Below, piece after piece: positions 10,044-20,244 of a stretch of 64,000 nt of DNA (positions within the stretch are counted from its first letter, which is position 1; every line of letters starts with the position of its first letter). This DNA comes from a bacterium (GTDB lineage: Bacteria; Bacillota_I; Bacilli_A; Erysipelotrichales; Erysipelotrichaceae): the NCBI GenBank assembly GCA_963645035.1, contig CAVIQY010000002.1:557-64556 (forward strand). Direction: 5' to 3'. The position numbers and the translations under genes were made by a program. A model generated the notes under the pieces. The model had not been told where the DNA came from. It searched no databases and saw only the letters and a list, made by a program, of their open reading frames with translations.

Positions 10044-11852
10044 ATGGAAGCGATTAAAGAAAGAAAAGATAATGATCCTAAGTATATGTGGGATCTAACA
10101 CCATTATTTAAAAATGATGAAGAATGGGAAAATGAATTAAATGCATTTGATGAAAAAGTAAATGCATTAGTAGAATTTCAAGGAAAATTAAAAGATGCTA
10201 GTACGATTCATGAATTCTTTACACAAGAAACAAGTGTAATGCGTACTTTTGAAGATTTATTCTGTTATGCATCATTAAGAAGAAGTGAAGATACAAGAGC
10301 GAAAGAAGCACAACAAATGTATTCTAAAGCAATGGGAAAATACGTTTATTTATTAAGTGCTCTTTCTTTTGCAGAACCAGAAATATTAGCTTTATCTAAA
10401 GAAGAATTAGAAACAATCGCAAAAGATGAAGTGATGAAAGATTATGCATTCGCTTTTGAAAAATTGATGAGTCAAAAACCACATACTTTATCTTCTAGTG
10501 AAGAAAAGTTATTAGCTTCTTTTGGAGAAGTAATCAGTTCACCAGGACAAATTGCGGATAACTTACAAGATGCAGATTTAGTTTTTGATAGCGTAAAAGA
10601 TGGTGAAGGAAAAGAAGTAGAATTAACAGGCTCAAATTATATTGCTTTACAAAGTTCATCAGATAGAGAACTACGTAAGAATTCATTTAAGAGTTATTAC
10701 AAGACATATAAACAACATATTAATACTTTTGCGGCTACATATAGTGCAAATGTAAAAGCTGCAGTAACAGAAGCGAGTGTTAGACATTATGATTCTTCTA
10801 GAGATATGTCATTATCACAAAATCATATTCCACTATCTGTTTATGATAACTTAATTGATACAGTACATAAATTTATGCCATTAATGTATCGTTATGAAAA
10901 GCTAAGAAAAGAAATTTTAAACTTAGATGAACTTCATTACTATGATTTATATGCTCCTTTAGTAAAAGGAATTGATAAGAAATATACTTATGAAGAAGCA
11001 CAACAAATGGTTCTTGATGCGGTAAGTGTATTAGGCGAAAACTATACAAATGTAGTAAAGAGTGCATTTAAAGAAAGATGGATTGATGTATATCCAAATA
11101 AAGGTAAGAGTGGTGGAGCATATAGTAGTGGTACATATGATTCAAGACCATATATCATGACAAACTTTACCGGTACTTTAGATAGTGTATCGACAATTGC
11201 ACATGAAATGGGTCACTCACTACATACATGGCATTCAAATCAAAATCAACCTGCTCAATATGCTATGTATACATTGTTTGTTGCGGAAGTAGCTTCTACT
11301 GTAAATGAGAATCTATTAATTGAACAATTATTAAATAAGACTACAGATGATCCTGTCACAAGATTATCTTATTTAAATCAATATCTAGAAGGATTTAAGG
11401 GTACTGTATATCGTCAAACTATGTTTGCTGAATTTGAAAAAGAAGCGCATGCAATGGCAGAAAGAGGAGAACCACTTGATCCAAGTAGCTTAAATGCATT
11501 ATATGCTAGATTAATCAAAGAATACTTTGGTGATGAACTAGTAGTTGATGATGAAGTGCAATATGAATGGGCTCGTATTCCTCATTTCTATCGTCCTTTC
11601 TATGTATATGTATATGCTACAGGTTATTCTACAGCAGTAGCTTTATCCGAAGGTATTCTTCATGAAGGTGATGCTGCGGTAAAACGTTACTTAGAATTCT
11701 TATCTATGGGTGGTAGTGCTTATCCACTAGATGAGCTAAAACATGCAGGTGTAGATTTAACTACTCCATTACCAATAGAAACAGCATTAAAGAAATTTGA
11801 AAAAGTATTAATTGATGCGGAAGAAACATATAAAGCATTAAATAATAAATAG
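10044..11852 (+). CDS. pepF: Oligoendopeptidase F (M3B)
   Basis: WDLTPLF, GKSGGAYS, zinc motif HEMGH, AEVAS, WARIPHFY. Confidence 0.95.
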   Translation: MEAIKERKDNDPKYMWDLTPLFKNDEEWENELNAFDEKVNALVEFQGKLKDASTIHEFFTQETSVMRTFEDLFCYASLRRSEDTRAKEAQQMYSKAMGKYVYLLSALSFAEPEILALSKEELETIAKDEVMKDYAFAFEKLMSQKPHTLSSSEEKLLASFGEVISSPGQIADNLQDADLVFDSVKDGEGKEVELTGSNYIALQSSSDRELRKNSFKSYYKTYKQHINTFAATYSANVKAAVTEASVRHYDSSRDMSLSQNHIPLSVYDNLIDTVHKFMPLMYRYEKLRKEILNLDELHYYDLYAPLVKGIDKKYTYEEAQQMVLDAVSVLGENYTNVVKSAFKERWIDVYPNKGKSGGAYSSGTYDSRPYIMTNFTGTLDSVSTIAHEMGHSLHTWHSNQNQPAQYAMYTLFVAEVASTVNENLLIEQLLNKTTDDPVTRLSYLNQYLEGFKGTVYRQTMFAEFEKEAHAMAERGEPLDPSSLNALYARLIKEYFGDELVVDDEVQYEWARIPHFYRPFYVYVYATGYSTAVALSEGILHEGDAAVKRYLEFLSMGGSAYPLDELKHAGVDLTTPLPIETALKKFEKVLIDAEETYKALNNK

Positions 11853-11859
11853 GTGATTT

Positions 11860-12483
11860 ATGGCATACCAAAATTATGTTTTTGATGCTGGAAAAGTTCT
11901 AATTGATTACGATATAGACAATGTAATTCGTCATTATACAAGTGATCCTAGTATCATTAGAGAAGTAGAATTAATTACTTTTGAATCTGGTGAATGGATT
12001 CAACTTGATGCAGGTCTAATGAGTGAAGAAGAAGGCTTAGAAGAAATACTAAGACATGCTAGTAGTGATGAAGTAAGAGAGATTACAAAGAAATGTTTTT
12101 GGGATTGGCATAAATATAATATGCGTCCTAAAGAAGGTATGGCTGAGTTACTACAAGACTTAAAACAAAGAGGAAAGAAATTGTATGTTCTCTCTAATGC
12201 GAGTGTTCGTTTATTAGAATGTTATAAGGATTATTTACCTAGACCAGATTTATTTGATGGTGTCTTATTTTCAGCAACAGTGAAATATATTAAACCACAA
12301 CAAAAAATCTATGAGATATTCTTTGAACAGTTTTCTTTGAAACCAGAAGAATGTTACTTTGTGGATGATCGTAAAGGAAATATTGTTGGTTCTAGAGAAG
12401 CAGGTATGGAAGGATATGTTTTTGATGGTGATGTAGAAAAGCTAAAGAATTTCATCTATCAAAATGAAAATTGGCAAAAATAA
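11860..12483 (+). CDS. HAD-family phosphatase
   Basis: FDAGKVLID, LSN, KP and FVDD motifs. Confidence 0.85.
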   Translation: MAYQNYVFDAGKVLIDYDIDNVIRHYTSDPSIIREVELITFESGEWIQLDAGLMSEEEGLEEILRHASSDEVREITKKCFWDWHKYNMRPKEGMAELLQDLKQRGKKLYVLSNASVRLLECYKDYLPRPDLFDGVLFSATVKYIKPQQKIYEIFFEQFSLKPEECYFVDDRKGNIVGSREAGMEGYVFDGDVEKLKNFIYQNENWQK

Positions 12484-12504
12484 TATATTTGTCGTATAAT
12501 CACA

Positions 12505-12722
12505 TTAAAGCGTTAAAAAAAGACTAGTAACTATCTAGAAGATCTAAGAGAGAAATACAGGTGCTGAAAGTATTTTGTTTGGAAGATAGTGAATTCACTT
12601 TTTGAGTGGGACTAATCCTCCCCGTAGTTCTTCGTTACAGACAAATTAAGTGCGTGTTTTTAACACGAAATAGGATGGTACCGCGCGAGATGCGTTCCTG
12701 TATAGGGATGCATCTTTTATAT
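12505..12722 (+). ncRNA. T-box riboswitch (Phe)
   Basis: AGAGA and GCTGAAA stem I motifs, specifier GAA-TTC-ACT (Phe UUC at 12594-12596), T-box AATAGGATGGTACCGCG, terminator AGATGCGTTCC...GGGATGCATCT-TTT; precedes pheS. Confidence 0.93.
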
Positions 12723-12738
12723 TTTTTAGGAGGAAAGT

Positions 12739-13776
12739 ATGGACGAGAAGATTGAACAAGTGCAAAAAGAAGCGATTGAAGCGATTGAAAATGCCCAAAA
12801 TATTGAAGAATTAAAAAATATTCGTATCCAATATCTTGGCAAAAAAGGTAGTATTCAAGCTTTAATGGCAATGATGAAAGACTTAAGTAAGGAAGAAAAA
12901 CCTGCTTTTGGTCAAAAAGTAAATGTATGTAAAACAGCAGTTACAGAATGTTTAGAAGAAAAACAAGCTAAGTTAGAAGCTAGTGCATTATTAACGAAAT
13001 TAGAAGAAGAAAAAATTGATATCACATTAGCTGGCGATAAGATGAGTGTAGGAACAGTTCATCCACTTCATTTAATCCAACAAGAAATTGAAGATTTATT
13101 TGTTGGTATGGGTTATAAGATTGCGGAAGGACCAGAAGTAGAATTAGATCACTACAACTTTGAATTAGCAAATATTCCAAAGGATCACCCTGCAAGAGAT
13201 ATGCAAGATACATTTTACATTGATCCAAACACATTATTAAGAACACATACTACAGCAATGCAAATGAGAGAACTTGAAAAAGCAAAAGGACAAGTTCCTA
13301 TTAAATTAATTTGCCCAGGTAAAGTATACAGACGTGACGATGATGATGCGACACATAGCCATCAATTTATGCAATGTGAAGGTTTAGTAGTTGGTGAAAA
13401 TATCACTTTAGCTGATCTAAAAGGAACACTAGAATTCATGGCTAATGCAATGTTTGGTGAAGGTAGAACAGTTCGTTTTAGACCTAGTTATTTCCCATTT
13501 ACAGAACCATCAGTAGAAGTAGATGTAAGTTGTCCATTCTGTAATGGTAAAGGTTGTAATGTATGTAAAGGATCAGGTTGGATTGAAATTCTAGGTGCAG
13601 GTATGGTACATCCTCATGTATTAGAAATGAATGGATTTGATTCTGAAAAATATACAGGATTTGCCTTTGGTGTAGGACTAGAGAGAGTCGCAATGCTTAA
13701 GTATGGTATTGATGATATTCGTAATTTCTATACAAATGACAGTCGTTTCTTAAGTACATTCGATCGTTTTGATTAA
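12739..13776 (+). CDS. pheS: Phenylalanyl-tRNA synthetase alpha subunit
   Basis: [32 protein letters not shown]. Confidence 0.98.
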   Translation: MDEKIEQVQKEAIEAIENAQNIEELKNIRIQYLGKKGSIQALMAMMKDLSKEEKPAFGQKVNVCKTAVTECLEEKQAKLEASALLTKLEEEKIDITLAGDKMSVGTVHPLHLIQQEIEDLFVGMGYKIAEGPEVELDHYNFELANIPKDHPARDMQDTFYIDPNTLLRTHTTAMQMRELEKAKGQVPIKLICPGKVYRRDDDDATHSHQFMQCEGLVVGENITLADLKGTLEFMANAMFGEGRTVRFRPSYFPFTEPSVEVDVSCPFCNGKGCNVCKGSGWIEILGAGMVHPHVLEMNGFDSEKYTGFAFGVGLERVAMLKYGIDDIRNFYTNDSRFLSTFDRFD

Positions 13777-13793
13777 TTGGGAGGAAATATAAG

Positions 13794-16193
13794 ATGAAGT
13801 TAAGTTATAAATGGTTAAGTGAATATGTAGATTTACATGATATTACTCCCGAAGAGTTAGCGAATAAAATGACTACTGCTGGACTTGAAGTGGAAGGAAT
13901 TGAACCTGTAGCTCAAGGAACAGGACTAGTTATTGGTGAAGTATTAGAATGTACAAATCATCCAGATAGTGATCATTTACATATTACACAAACTAGAATT
14001 GGTGATAAGCCTGAAGATGTATATCAAATTGTTTGTGGTGCGCCAAATTGCCGTAAAGGATTAAAAGTTATTGTTGCGACAAATGGTGCTGAATTACCTG
14101 GTGGTAAGATTGTTGCAAAACCTGTTCGGGGCCAAGAAAGTAATGGTATGTTATGTGCCTTATTTGAACTTGGCGTAGATAAACATTCTTTAACAGAAGC
14201 ACAATTAAGTGGCATCGAAGAATTACCAGCAGACGCTCCAGTTGGAGAAACAAAAGTATTAGAGTATCTAGGCTTAGATGATACGATTCTTGATGTTTCT
14301 TTAACACCTAATAGAGCTGATTGCAGTGCAATGTGGAATATGGCTAAAGAAGTTGGTGCGATTTTACATCGTGAAGTAAAGTGGCCTAACTATGAAGGTA
14401 AGAGTGATGAAGGTAGTGCAACTGATTTTAAGATTAGCTTAGAAACAGAAAAATGTTCTACATATTATGGTAAGGTTGTAAAACATGTTAAGGTAGGACC
14501 TAGCCCTAAATGGATGGTAAATTACTTACATGCGGCAGGAATGAATTCTATTAATAACGTAGTAGATATTTCTAACTTCGTTATGTTAGAAACAGGACAA
14601 CCTCTTCATTATTACAATTATGCAAAATTACCTCATCATGAAATTACAGTAGTAGATGATCGTGAATTAAAGATTACAGCATTAGATGGTGTAGAATTCC
14701 CTGTTCAAAAAGAAGATATCTTAATTACAACTGGTGGTGAAGCTACAGGTATCGCTGGTATTATGGGTGGCGAAGAAAGCATGATTGATGAAAGTACAGA
14801 TAGTATTTTCATTGAAGCAGCACAATTTAATCCAGTTAATATTAGACGTACTTCTATTCGTTTAAATCTAATTACTGAAGCAGCACAAAGATTTACAAAG
14901 GGCATTGAACCTCTTGCGATGAAAAAAGCGATGGATCGTTCAATTCAATTATTAAAAGAATATGCTGAAGCAGATGGATTAGAAGAAACAGTTGTAGTTG
15001 GTAAAAATGATTACAAAGAAGTTACAGTTACAGAAACATTAACACATTGTAATAACTTATTAGGTACATCATTTACAATGGAACAAGTTAAAGATGTTTT
15101 AGAATCATTAGATTTTAAACCAGAAGTTAATGGGGATGAAATTGTTTCTCATATTCCTTCATATCGTACAGATATTGAAAGAGCTGCAGATATTGATGAA
15201 GAAGTAATTCGTTTAATTGGATTTGATTCTTTAGGATCTACACTTCCTTATATGGCCGCAACAGTAGGTAAGTTATCCCCAATTCAAAAGTTACGTAGAA
15301 CAGTAACATCATTAATGAATGGCTTTAATTTAAGTGAGATTGTTACTTATACATTAGTAAATGATGAGTTTGTTAATGATACATTCATGCCTGCAGGAGA
15401 GCCAATTGCTTTAGCTATGCCAATGAGTGAAGCGAGAAAATATATCCGTACAGGACTAATGAATAGTGTATTAGAATGTGTTCAATATAATGAAGCACAT
15501 CAAAATACAAATAATAACTTCTTTGAAATTTCTTGTGTATATGGAAAAGATGTTCAAGATGAAAGATTAGCAGTTGTATTAGATGGCAGTCTTGTAGATG
15601 ATCCTCTACATAAACGTGAAACAAAAGGTGATTTCTATGCATTAAAGGGAATTTTAATGACAATGCTAAATAAATTAGGATTTACTTCATCTAGAATTCA
15701 AATCAAAGAAAACACAAAAGATGTAGAACATTTCCATCCATATCGTAGTGCTGAAATTTACTTAGATAAAAAACTATTAGGTGTATTTGGTGAAGTTCAT
15801 CCAGTATATGCGAAGAAATATGATTTAAAACATGTTGTATATGGTGAAATCTCTATCTATCCATTAGTTGAAGCGAAGAAGGGTAAATTACATTATTCTG
15901 CTTTAGATAAATATCCAAGTGTATCAAGAGATATTGCCTTAGTTATTGATCAAAGTACAAGTGCTGAAAAGATTCTAGATACAGTAAGAAGAGCAGGTAA
16001 GAAATTAGTGAAATCTCTAGAAATATTCGATGTATATGAAGGAGAACATGTAGAAAAAGGTAAGAAATCTATTGCCTTACATATTGTTTACCAAGCTAGT
16101 GATCATACATTAAATGAAGAAGAAATTACTACAGTTCATAACACAATATTAAGTGATTTAAATACAAAACTTAACGCTGAACTAAGAGCGTAA
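13794..16193 (+). CDS. pheT: Phenylalanyl-tRNA synthetase beta subunit
   Basis: IVCGAPN, LTPNRAD, VVDISN, C-terminal FDX-ACB (RDIAL..FDVYEG); follows pheS. Confidence 0.97.
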   Translation: MKLSYKWLSEYVDLHDITPEELANKMTTAGLEVEGIEPVAQGTGLVIGEVLECTNHPDSDHLHITQTRIGDKPEDVYQIVCGAPNCRKGLKVIVATNGAELPGGKIVAKPVRGQESNGMLCALFELGVDKHSLTEAQLSGIEELPADAPVGETKVLEYLGLDDTILDVSLTPNRADCSAMWNMAKEVGAILHREVKWPNYEGKSDEGSATDFKISLETEKCSTYYGKVVKHVKVGPSPKWMVNYLHAAGMNSINNVVDISNFVMLETGQPLHYYNYAKLPHHEITVVDDRELKITALDGVEFPVQKEDILITTGGEATGIAGIMGGEESMIDESTDSIFIEAAQFNPVNIRRTSIRLNLITEAAQRFTKGIEPLAMKKAMDRSIQLLKEYAEADGLEETVVVGKNDYKEVTVTETLTHCNNLLGTSFTMEQVKDVLESLDFKPEVNGDEIVSHIPSYRTDIERAADIDEEVIRLIGFDSLGSTLPYMAATVGKLSPIQKLRRTVTSLMNGFNLSEIVTYTLVNDEFVNDTFMPAGEPIALAMPMSEARKYIRTGLMNSVLECVQYNEAHQNTNNNFFEISCVYGKDVQDERLAVVLDGSLVDDPLHKRETKGDFYALKGILMTMLNKLGFTSSRIQIKENTKDVEHFHPYRSAEIYLDKKLLGVFGEVHPVYAKKYDLKHVVYGEISIYPLVEAKKGKLHYSALDKYPSVSRDIALVIDQSTSAEKILDTVRRAGKKLVKSLEIFDVYEGEHVEKGKKSIALHIVYQASDHTLNEEEITTVHNTILSDLNTKLNAELRA

Positions 16194-16200
16194 AATGAAA

Positions 16201-16233
16201 AGATACTACTCAATCGAGTAGTATCCTTTTTTT
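16201..16233 (+). terminator. pheST terminator
   Basis: GATACTACTC-AATC-GAGTAGTATC followed by a T tract. Confidence 0.85.
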
Positions 16234-16239
16234 TGTACA

Positions 16240-18114
16240 TTATCTACTGGCATGACGCATTTGTTTATTTTGATACATTTTTTGATCAGCGATAATTCTT
16301 AGTTTTGATTCGTCATCTGTTTCAGTAGGATAAATCGCATATCCACAACTTGTACCAACATTTAATGTAATATCATCAAATATATAAGGTTTTTCAATCA
16401 TGTCATGAATACGAGTAATCACTTTTTCTGCAAATTCAACTGAAGATTGATTGAAGATGATTGTAAATTCATCACCACCGATACGGAATACATAGTCATC
16501 ACTTCTAGTACATTGTTGTAAACGCTTGGCAACTTCTTTTAATAGCTTATCACCAACATCGTGACCATATGTATCATTGACATCTTTAAAATGATCTAAA
16601 TCCAAATAGAATAGGGTAAATGCATGGTTTTCTAATGCTTTCTTATGAAGTGTTGTACTAAAGAATCTTTCATTAAATAAACCAGTTAAACCATCACTAT
16701 TCGCAAGATTTTCTAATTCATGTTGTTCACCAATATCTTGTCCAATTAACATGATTTTGGTGACTACACCATTTTCAAATTCTAGAGGAATGACATTCAT
16801 CATTAAGAAGATATTTTCTGTTCGCTTTGCATATTCAATTTTTAAGATATCATTTGAAGATTTGATTACACTTTGAATATGTTCTGTCTTTAATATGTCA
16901 TAAATTTTTACATAATTTGGATCATTTAAGACAACATATCGCTTAGAAATATCATTAATTAAATCATCGTATTTACCAGTTTTATCATATAGAGAATTAG
17001 ACTCTTGCCCATAGTATTCATAGGTATCATTCTTTAAGTTTCCTACAGCATATCTTGTGACAATTTGTTTGAACCCTGTAAGTAAAGCTTCTTTCCATTC
17101 TGATTGAGAATATAAACGGTTATTTTCTAGTATTGTCTTTTGTAATTTATTTTCTTGAACATCGATTTTGGATTTTGTTTTTAAATGAATCATCCAAATA
17201 AATAAAGCTGATGCGAAAATCGTTAAAGCTAAGATAGATAATAGTGTAATTGCTTGTACTTGAATTAAAACGCCATTTACACTATTAATATCTACCATCG
17301 CAATAATTGTCCAATCATCGATACCAACAGGAATAGAGATTAGATAATAGTCTTTTTTGTTATAAGAAACTTTAATACTCGCTTCTTCAAAGGATTGAAT
17401 TTGTTGCTCGAAATATGCACTACTATGTTCTGTTTGAAAATAGAAATTATCATTCATATAAGAATAGAAATTAGGGACGAAATCCGTAATTTCAGTCTTT
17501 TCTTCTAGTGCTAAAACAACATCTCCATTTGAATTAACAATATAACTATCACTTTTTCTTTTGGCATTAGATGCGTTAATTACATTTCTTACGGTGTCAG
17601 AATTATAACTAACCGCAATACCATTAAATGTGACGCCATTGTATGTGATTGGTTTATTTAAAGGTCTTGCAAAAACAGTTTTACGTTGATTATTCGTAGA
17701 CATATATGTTGAAATAACGGGTTTTTGTTCCTCATACATTTCATTAAAAATATTCACGATATTGTCAACGGTACCATTTCTTGAAGAAGCAGTTAAAAAG
17801 TCTCCATTTTCATTAAATAAATAGAAATCACTAACTTCCCATGAGTCTTTATCATAGGCTAATTCTTTCCAGATAGATATCGCTTCATCAGCATCATCAA
17901 TTGTTTCTAAACGGTTATTCCAATCGGATAATAAATTCCAATTTCGCTGTACGAATTGTGTGAAAGTAGTATTAATTTGTTCATATGTTGAAATTAAACT
18001 GTCTGTACCTTCAATATAGATTAGGTTTTGAATATATTTCTGGTAGGCAATAAAAGAAATAAGTTCAAAGAATATAAAGACGGTAACGATAAAATAAAAC
18101 TTCTTTTTCTTCAT
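16240..18114 (-). CDS. Membrane sensor diguanylate cyclase (TM, Cache-like domain, TM, GGDEF)
   Basis: DGLTGLFN, DLDHFKDVNDTYGHDVGD, RSDD I-site five residues before an intact GGDEF, two TM helices; start moved to the ATG after GGAGG. Confidence 0.9.
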   Translation of the reverse strand: MKKKKFYFIVTVFIFFELISFIAYQKYIQNLIYIEGTDSLISTYEQINTTFTQFVQRNWNLLSDWNNRLETIDDADEAISIWKELAYDKDSWEVSDFYLFNENGDFLTASSRNGTVDNIVNIFNEMYEEQKPVISTYMSTNNQRKTVFARPLNKPITYNGVTFNGIAVSYNSDTVRNVINASNAKRKSDSYIVNSNGDVVLALEEKTEITDFVPNFYSYMNDNFYFQTEHSSAYFEQQIQSFEEASIKVSYNKKDYYLISIPVGIDDWTIIAMVDINSVNGVLIQVQAITLLSILALTIFASALFIWMIHLKTKSKIDVQENKLQKTILENNRLYSQSEWKEALLTGFKQIVTRYAVGNLKNDTYEYYGQESNSLYDKTGKYDDLINDISKRYVVLNDPNYVKIYDILKTEHIQSVIKSSNDILKIEYAKRTENIFLMMNVIPLEFENGVVTKIMLIGQDIGEQHELENLANSDGLTGLFNERFFSTTLHKKALENHAFTLFYLDLDHFKDVNDTYGHDVGDKLLKEVAKRLQQCTRSDDYVFRIGGDEFTIIFNQSSVEFAEKVITRIHDMIEKPYIFDDITLNVGTSCGYAIYPTETDDESKLRIIADQKMYQNKQMRHASR

Positions 18115-18209
18115 AATGCCTCCCACTTGCTAAAATTTTACATAAATAATTCGGATTCACCAAGAAAAAAATCTATAGAATTCTTATTGTTTTTAACAAT
18201 GTTTTTTAC

Positions 18210-20216
18210 TTATGCTTGTTTATTCCTTTTCTTGTAGTAAGTTAGTCCACCAAATACAGCTAATAAGATAATAACCACTAATGCAACTGTACTACTACCA
18301 TTTCCAAAAATACTTCCTGTTTCGCTTACTTCTTCGTTAACTTCTTCATTTTGTACATTGCTATATACAGCTGTAAGTTCTAAATCATCAGTTAAGGAAT
18401 CAGCTTTTAATGTTTCACCATCAACAGTGATATCTTCAGGAATGTTTTGCCATTCGACAAATGTTTTTCCTTCAACACTTGGTGCTTGTAATTCAAATGC
18501 ATCCGTAGTATTAAATTCTAATATTTGTATGTCTAATACAGTTCCTTCTTCATTTACTAGATTTAGCGTTACAGTATGAATTTCTTCAACAAGATCTTCG
18601 TTAGGCTCAGGTGAAGCAGTTTCTTCAGGTAACTCACTTTCTACAGTAGCTGTTATTTCAGCTTCTTCAGTTGTCTCTATTTTTTCTGCATCTTGAGTAG
18701 GATCACTAGTTATAGAAGGGGCAGTTTCTAATAATGCAGTATCTTGATTACTTGCTTCAGCGATGATTACATTATTTCCTTTTACAATAGATAGCGTTTT
18801 AGCACTATCATCATAAGATAGCCCATTTTCACCACGTTCGTTTCCATTCAACTTATATATTTTTCGAGAATCACTAGTTTGATTCTTTGCCATAACACGC
18901 TTACCAGTGATGACTAGGCCAATAGAACTAGATGAATCAGGTGCACTAAGAATATAAGCATCTGAAGCAACACCGGTTTGTAAATACAAATCTGCATCGA
19001 CTTTATTGAATGAATCATAATTATTCTGGATGATAATTTTACCTTTTAAAGTAATATCATTCATTGAATCAACTTCTAATGCACCACTTTTTCCCGAAAG
19101 TGTCGTATTTTCTTCGATAGTAGTATTCTCAAGAGTAAATCCATCATTATTGACATAGATTGCACTACCAACATAGGCAGAGTTTCCTTTAAATAAACAA
19201 TTCGATACAGTGATATTTTCTTGTTCAACGTCAATTGCACCACCTGTTTTGCCAACATTTTCGATAAATGAGATTCCTTGAATTAATCCTTTATTTTTCG
19301 TGAGTACACTTTGATTAATCATTATGGCACCACCATCGCCACCATTTAGATAGGTATTATAGCGAACATAGCCAGTGTTATTGCTAGAAATCAATTCAAA
19401 ATCGGTTGTATCAAACCAAATTGTAGATTCATTATTGACCACATTATGATCAATGCAACTATTGTCTAATTTGATTGTTGTAAATGTTCCAGAAGAGTAG
19501 AATCCTGAACCGTTGCCATCAGTATAGTTATAAGAAATTTGCGAATCAATCATATCAATGGTTGCACTCTTATCATCTACATAAATGCCAGCACCACCCT
19601 CTGTACTTTTGTTATAGCTGATTTGAGCTAGATTTGTCATTTTGAGTGTGTCACCATCACCATCCATATAGACGCCACCACCATAACCATCTGTTCCCCA
19701 TGAATCTTCAGCATAGTTACCAGAAATCGCAACACAATTTAGATTTAGTGTTGAACCTTCTTTCATGTGGATACCGCCACCACCATTGGTACTAGCACCA
19801 CCAGTAATAAGTCCACCACTAGTTATCGTTACTTTTGTAGTTCCATCTTGAGAATAACCATTTACATTAAAGACAGTATTACTAGCTTTTGAACCGTTTA
19901 AATTTAGTGTCGCTCTTTTTTCAACTTTAATGACTTCACCATTTGTTTTAGCACTAGATAAGTTTCTTGAAATCTTATGACCATTCATTTCTACCGTAGC
20001 ACTTCTACCTTCAATTAATACTAAACGGCTAGATATGTTCCAATCGCATTGCATTACAATGGATACACCATTTTGTGCTGCACTCCATGCCGAATCGATG
20101 GAAGTATATGTTTTTGTGCCATCTTCACTAGTTGCGTAAATCGTTTCTGCTTTAGCACTTATTGGAAAAATGAATAAAATAACCGCAATGAAAATACAAT
20201 ATATATTTTTTCTCAT
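18210..20216 (-). CDS. Secreted, C-terminally anchored right-handed beta-helix surface protein (paralog 1)
   Basis: Signal peptide ending AKA-E, repeated N...GG(A/G)(I/V)Y motifs, acidic E/T linker, ETGSIFGNG followed by TM and YYKKR. Confidence 0.75.
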   Translation of the reverse strand: MRKNIYCIFIAVILFIFPISAKAETIYATSEDGTKTYTSIDSAWSAAQNGVSIVMQCDWNISSRLVLIEGRSATVEMNGHKISRNLSSAKTNGEVIKVEKRATLNLNGSKASNTVFNVNGYSQDGTTKVTITSGGLITGGASTNGGGGIHMKEGSTLNLNCVAISGNYAEDSWGTDGYGGGVYMDGDGDTLKMTNLAQISYNKSTEGGAGIYVDDKSATIDMIDSQISYNYTDGNGSGFYSSGTFTTIKLDNSCIDHNVVNNESTIWFDTTDFELISSNNTGYVRYNTYLNGGDGGAIMINQSVLTKNKGLIQGISFIENVGKTGGAIDVEQENITVSNCLFKGNSAYVGSAIYVNNDGFTLENTTIEENTTLSGKSGALEVDSMNDITLKGKIIIQNNYDSFNKVDADLYLQTGVASDAYILSAPDSSSSIGLVITGKRVMAKNQTSDSRKIYKLNGNERGENGLSYDDSAKTLSIVKGNNVIIAEASNQDTALLETAPSITSDPTQDAEKIETTEEAEITATVESELPEETASPEPNEDLVEEIHTVTLNLVNEEGTVLDIQILEFNTTDAFELQAPSVEGKTFVEWQNIPEDITVDGETLKADSLTDDLELTAVYSNVQNEEVNEEVSETGSIFGNGSSTVALVVIILLAVFGGLTYYKKRNKQA

Positions 20217-20244
20217 GTAATCCCTCTATTTCTAATAAATTTGT

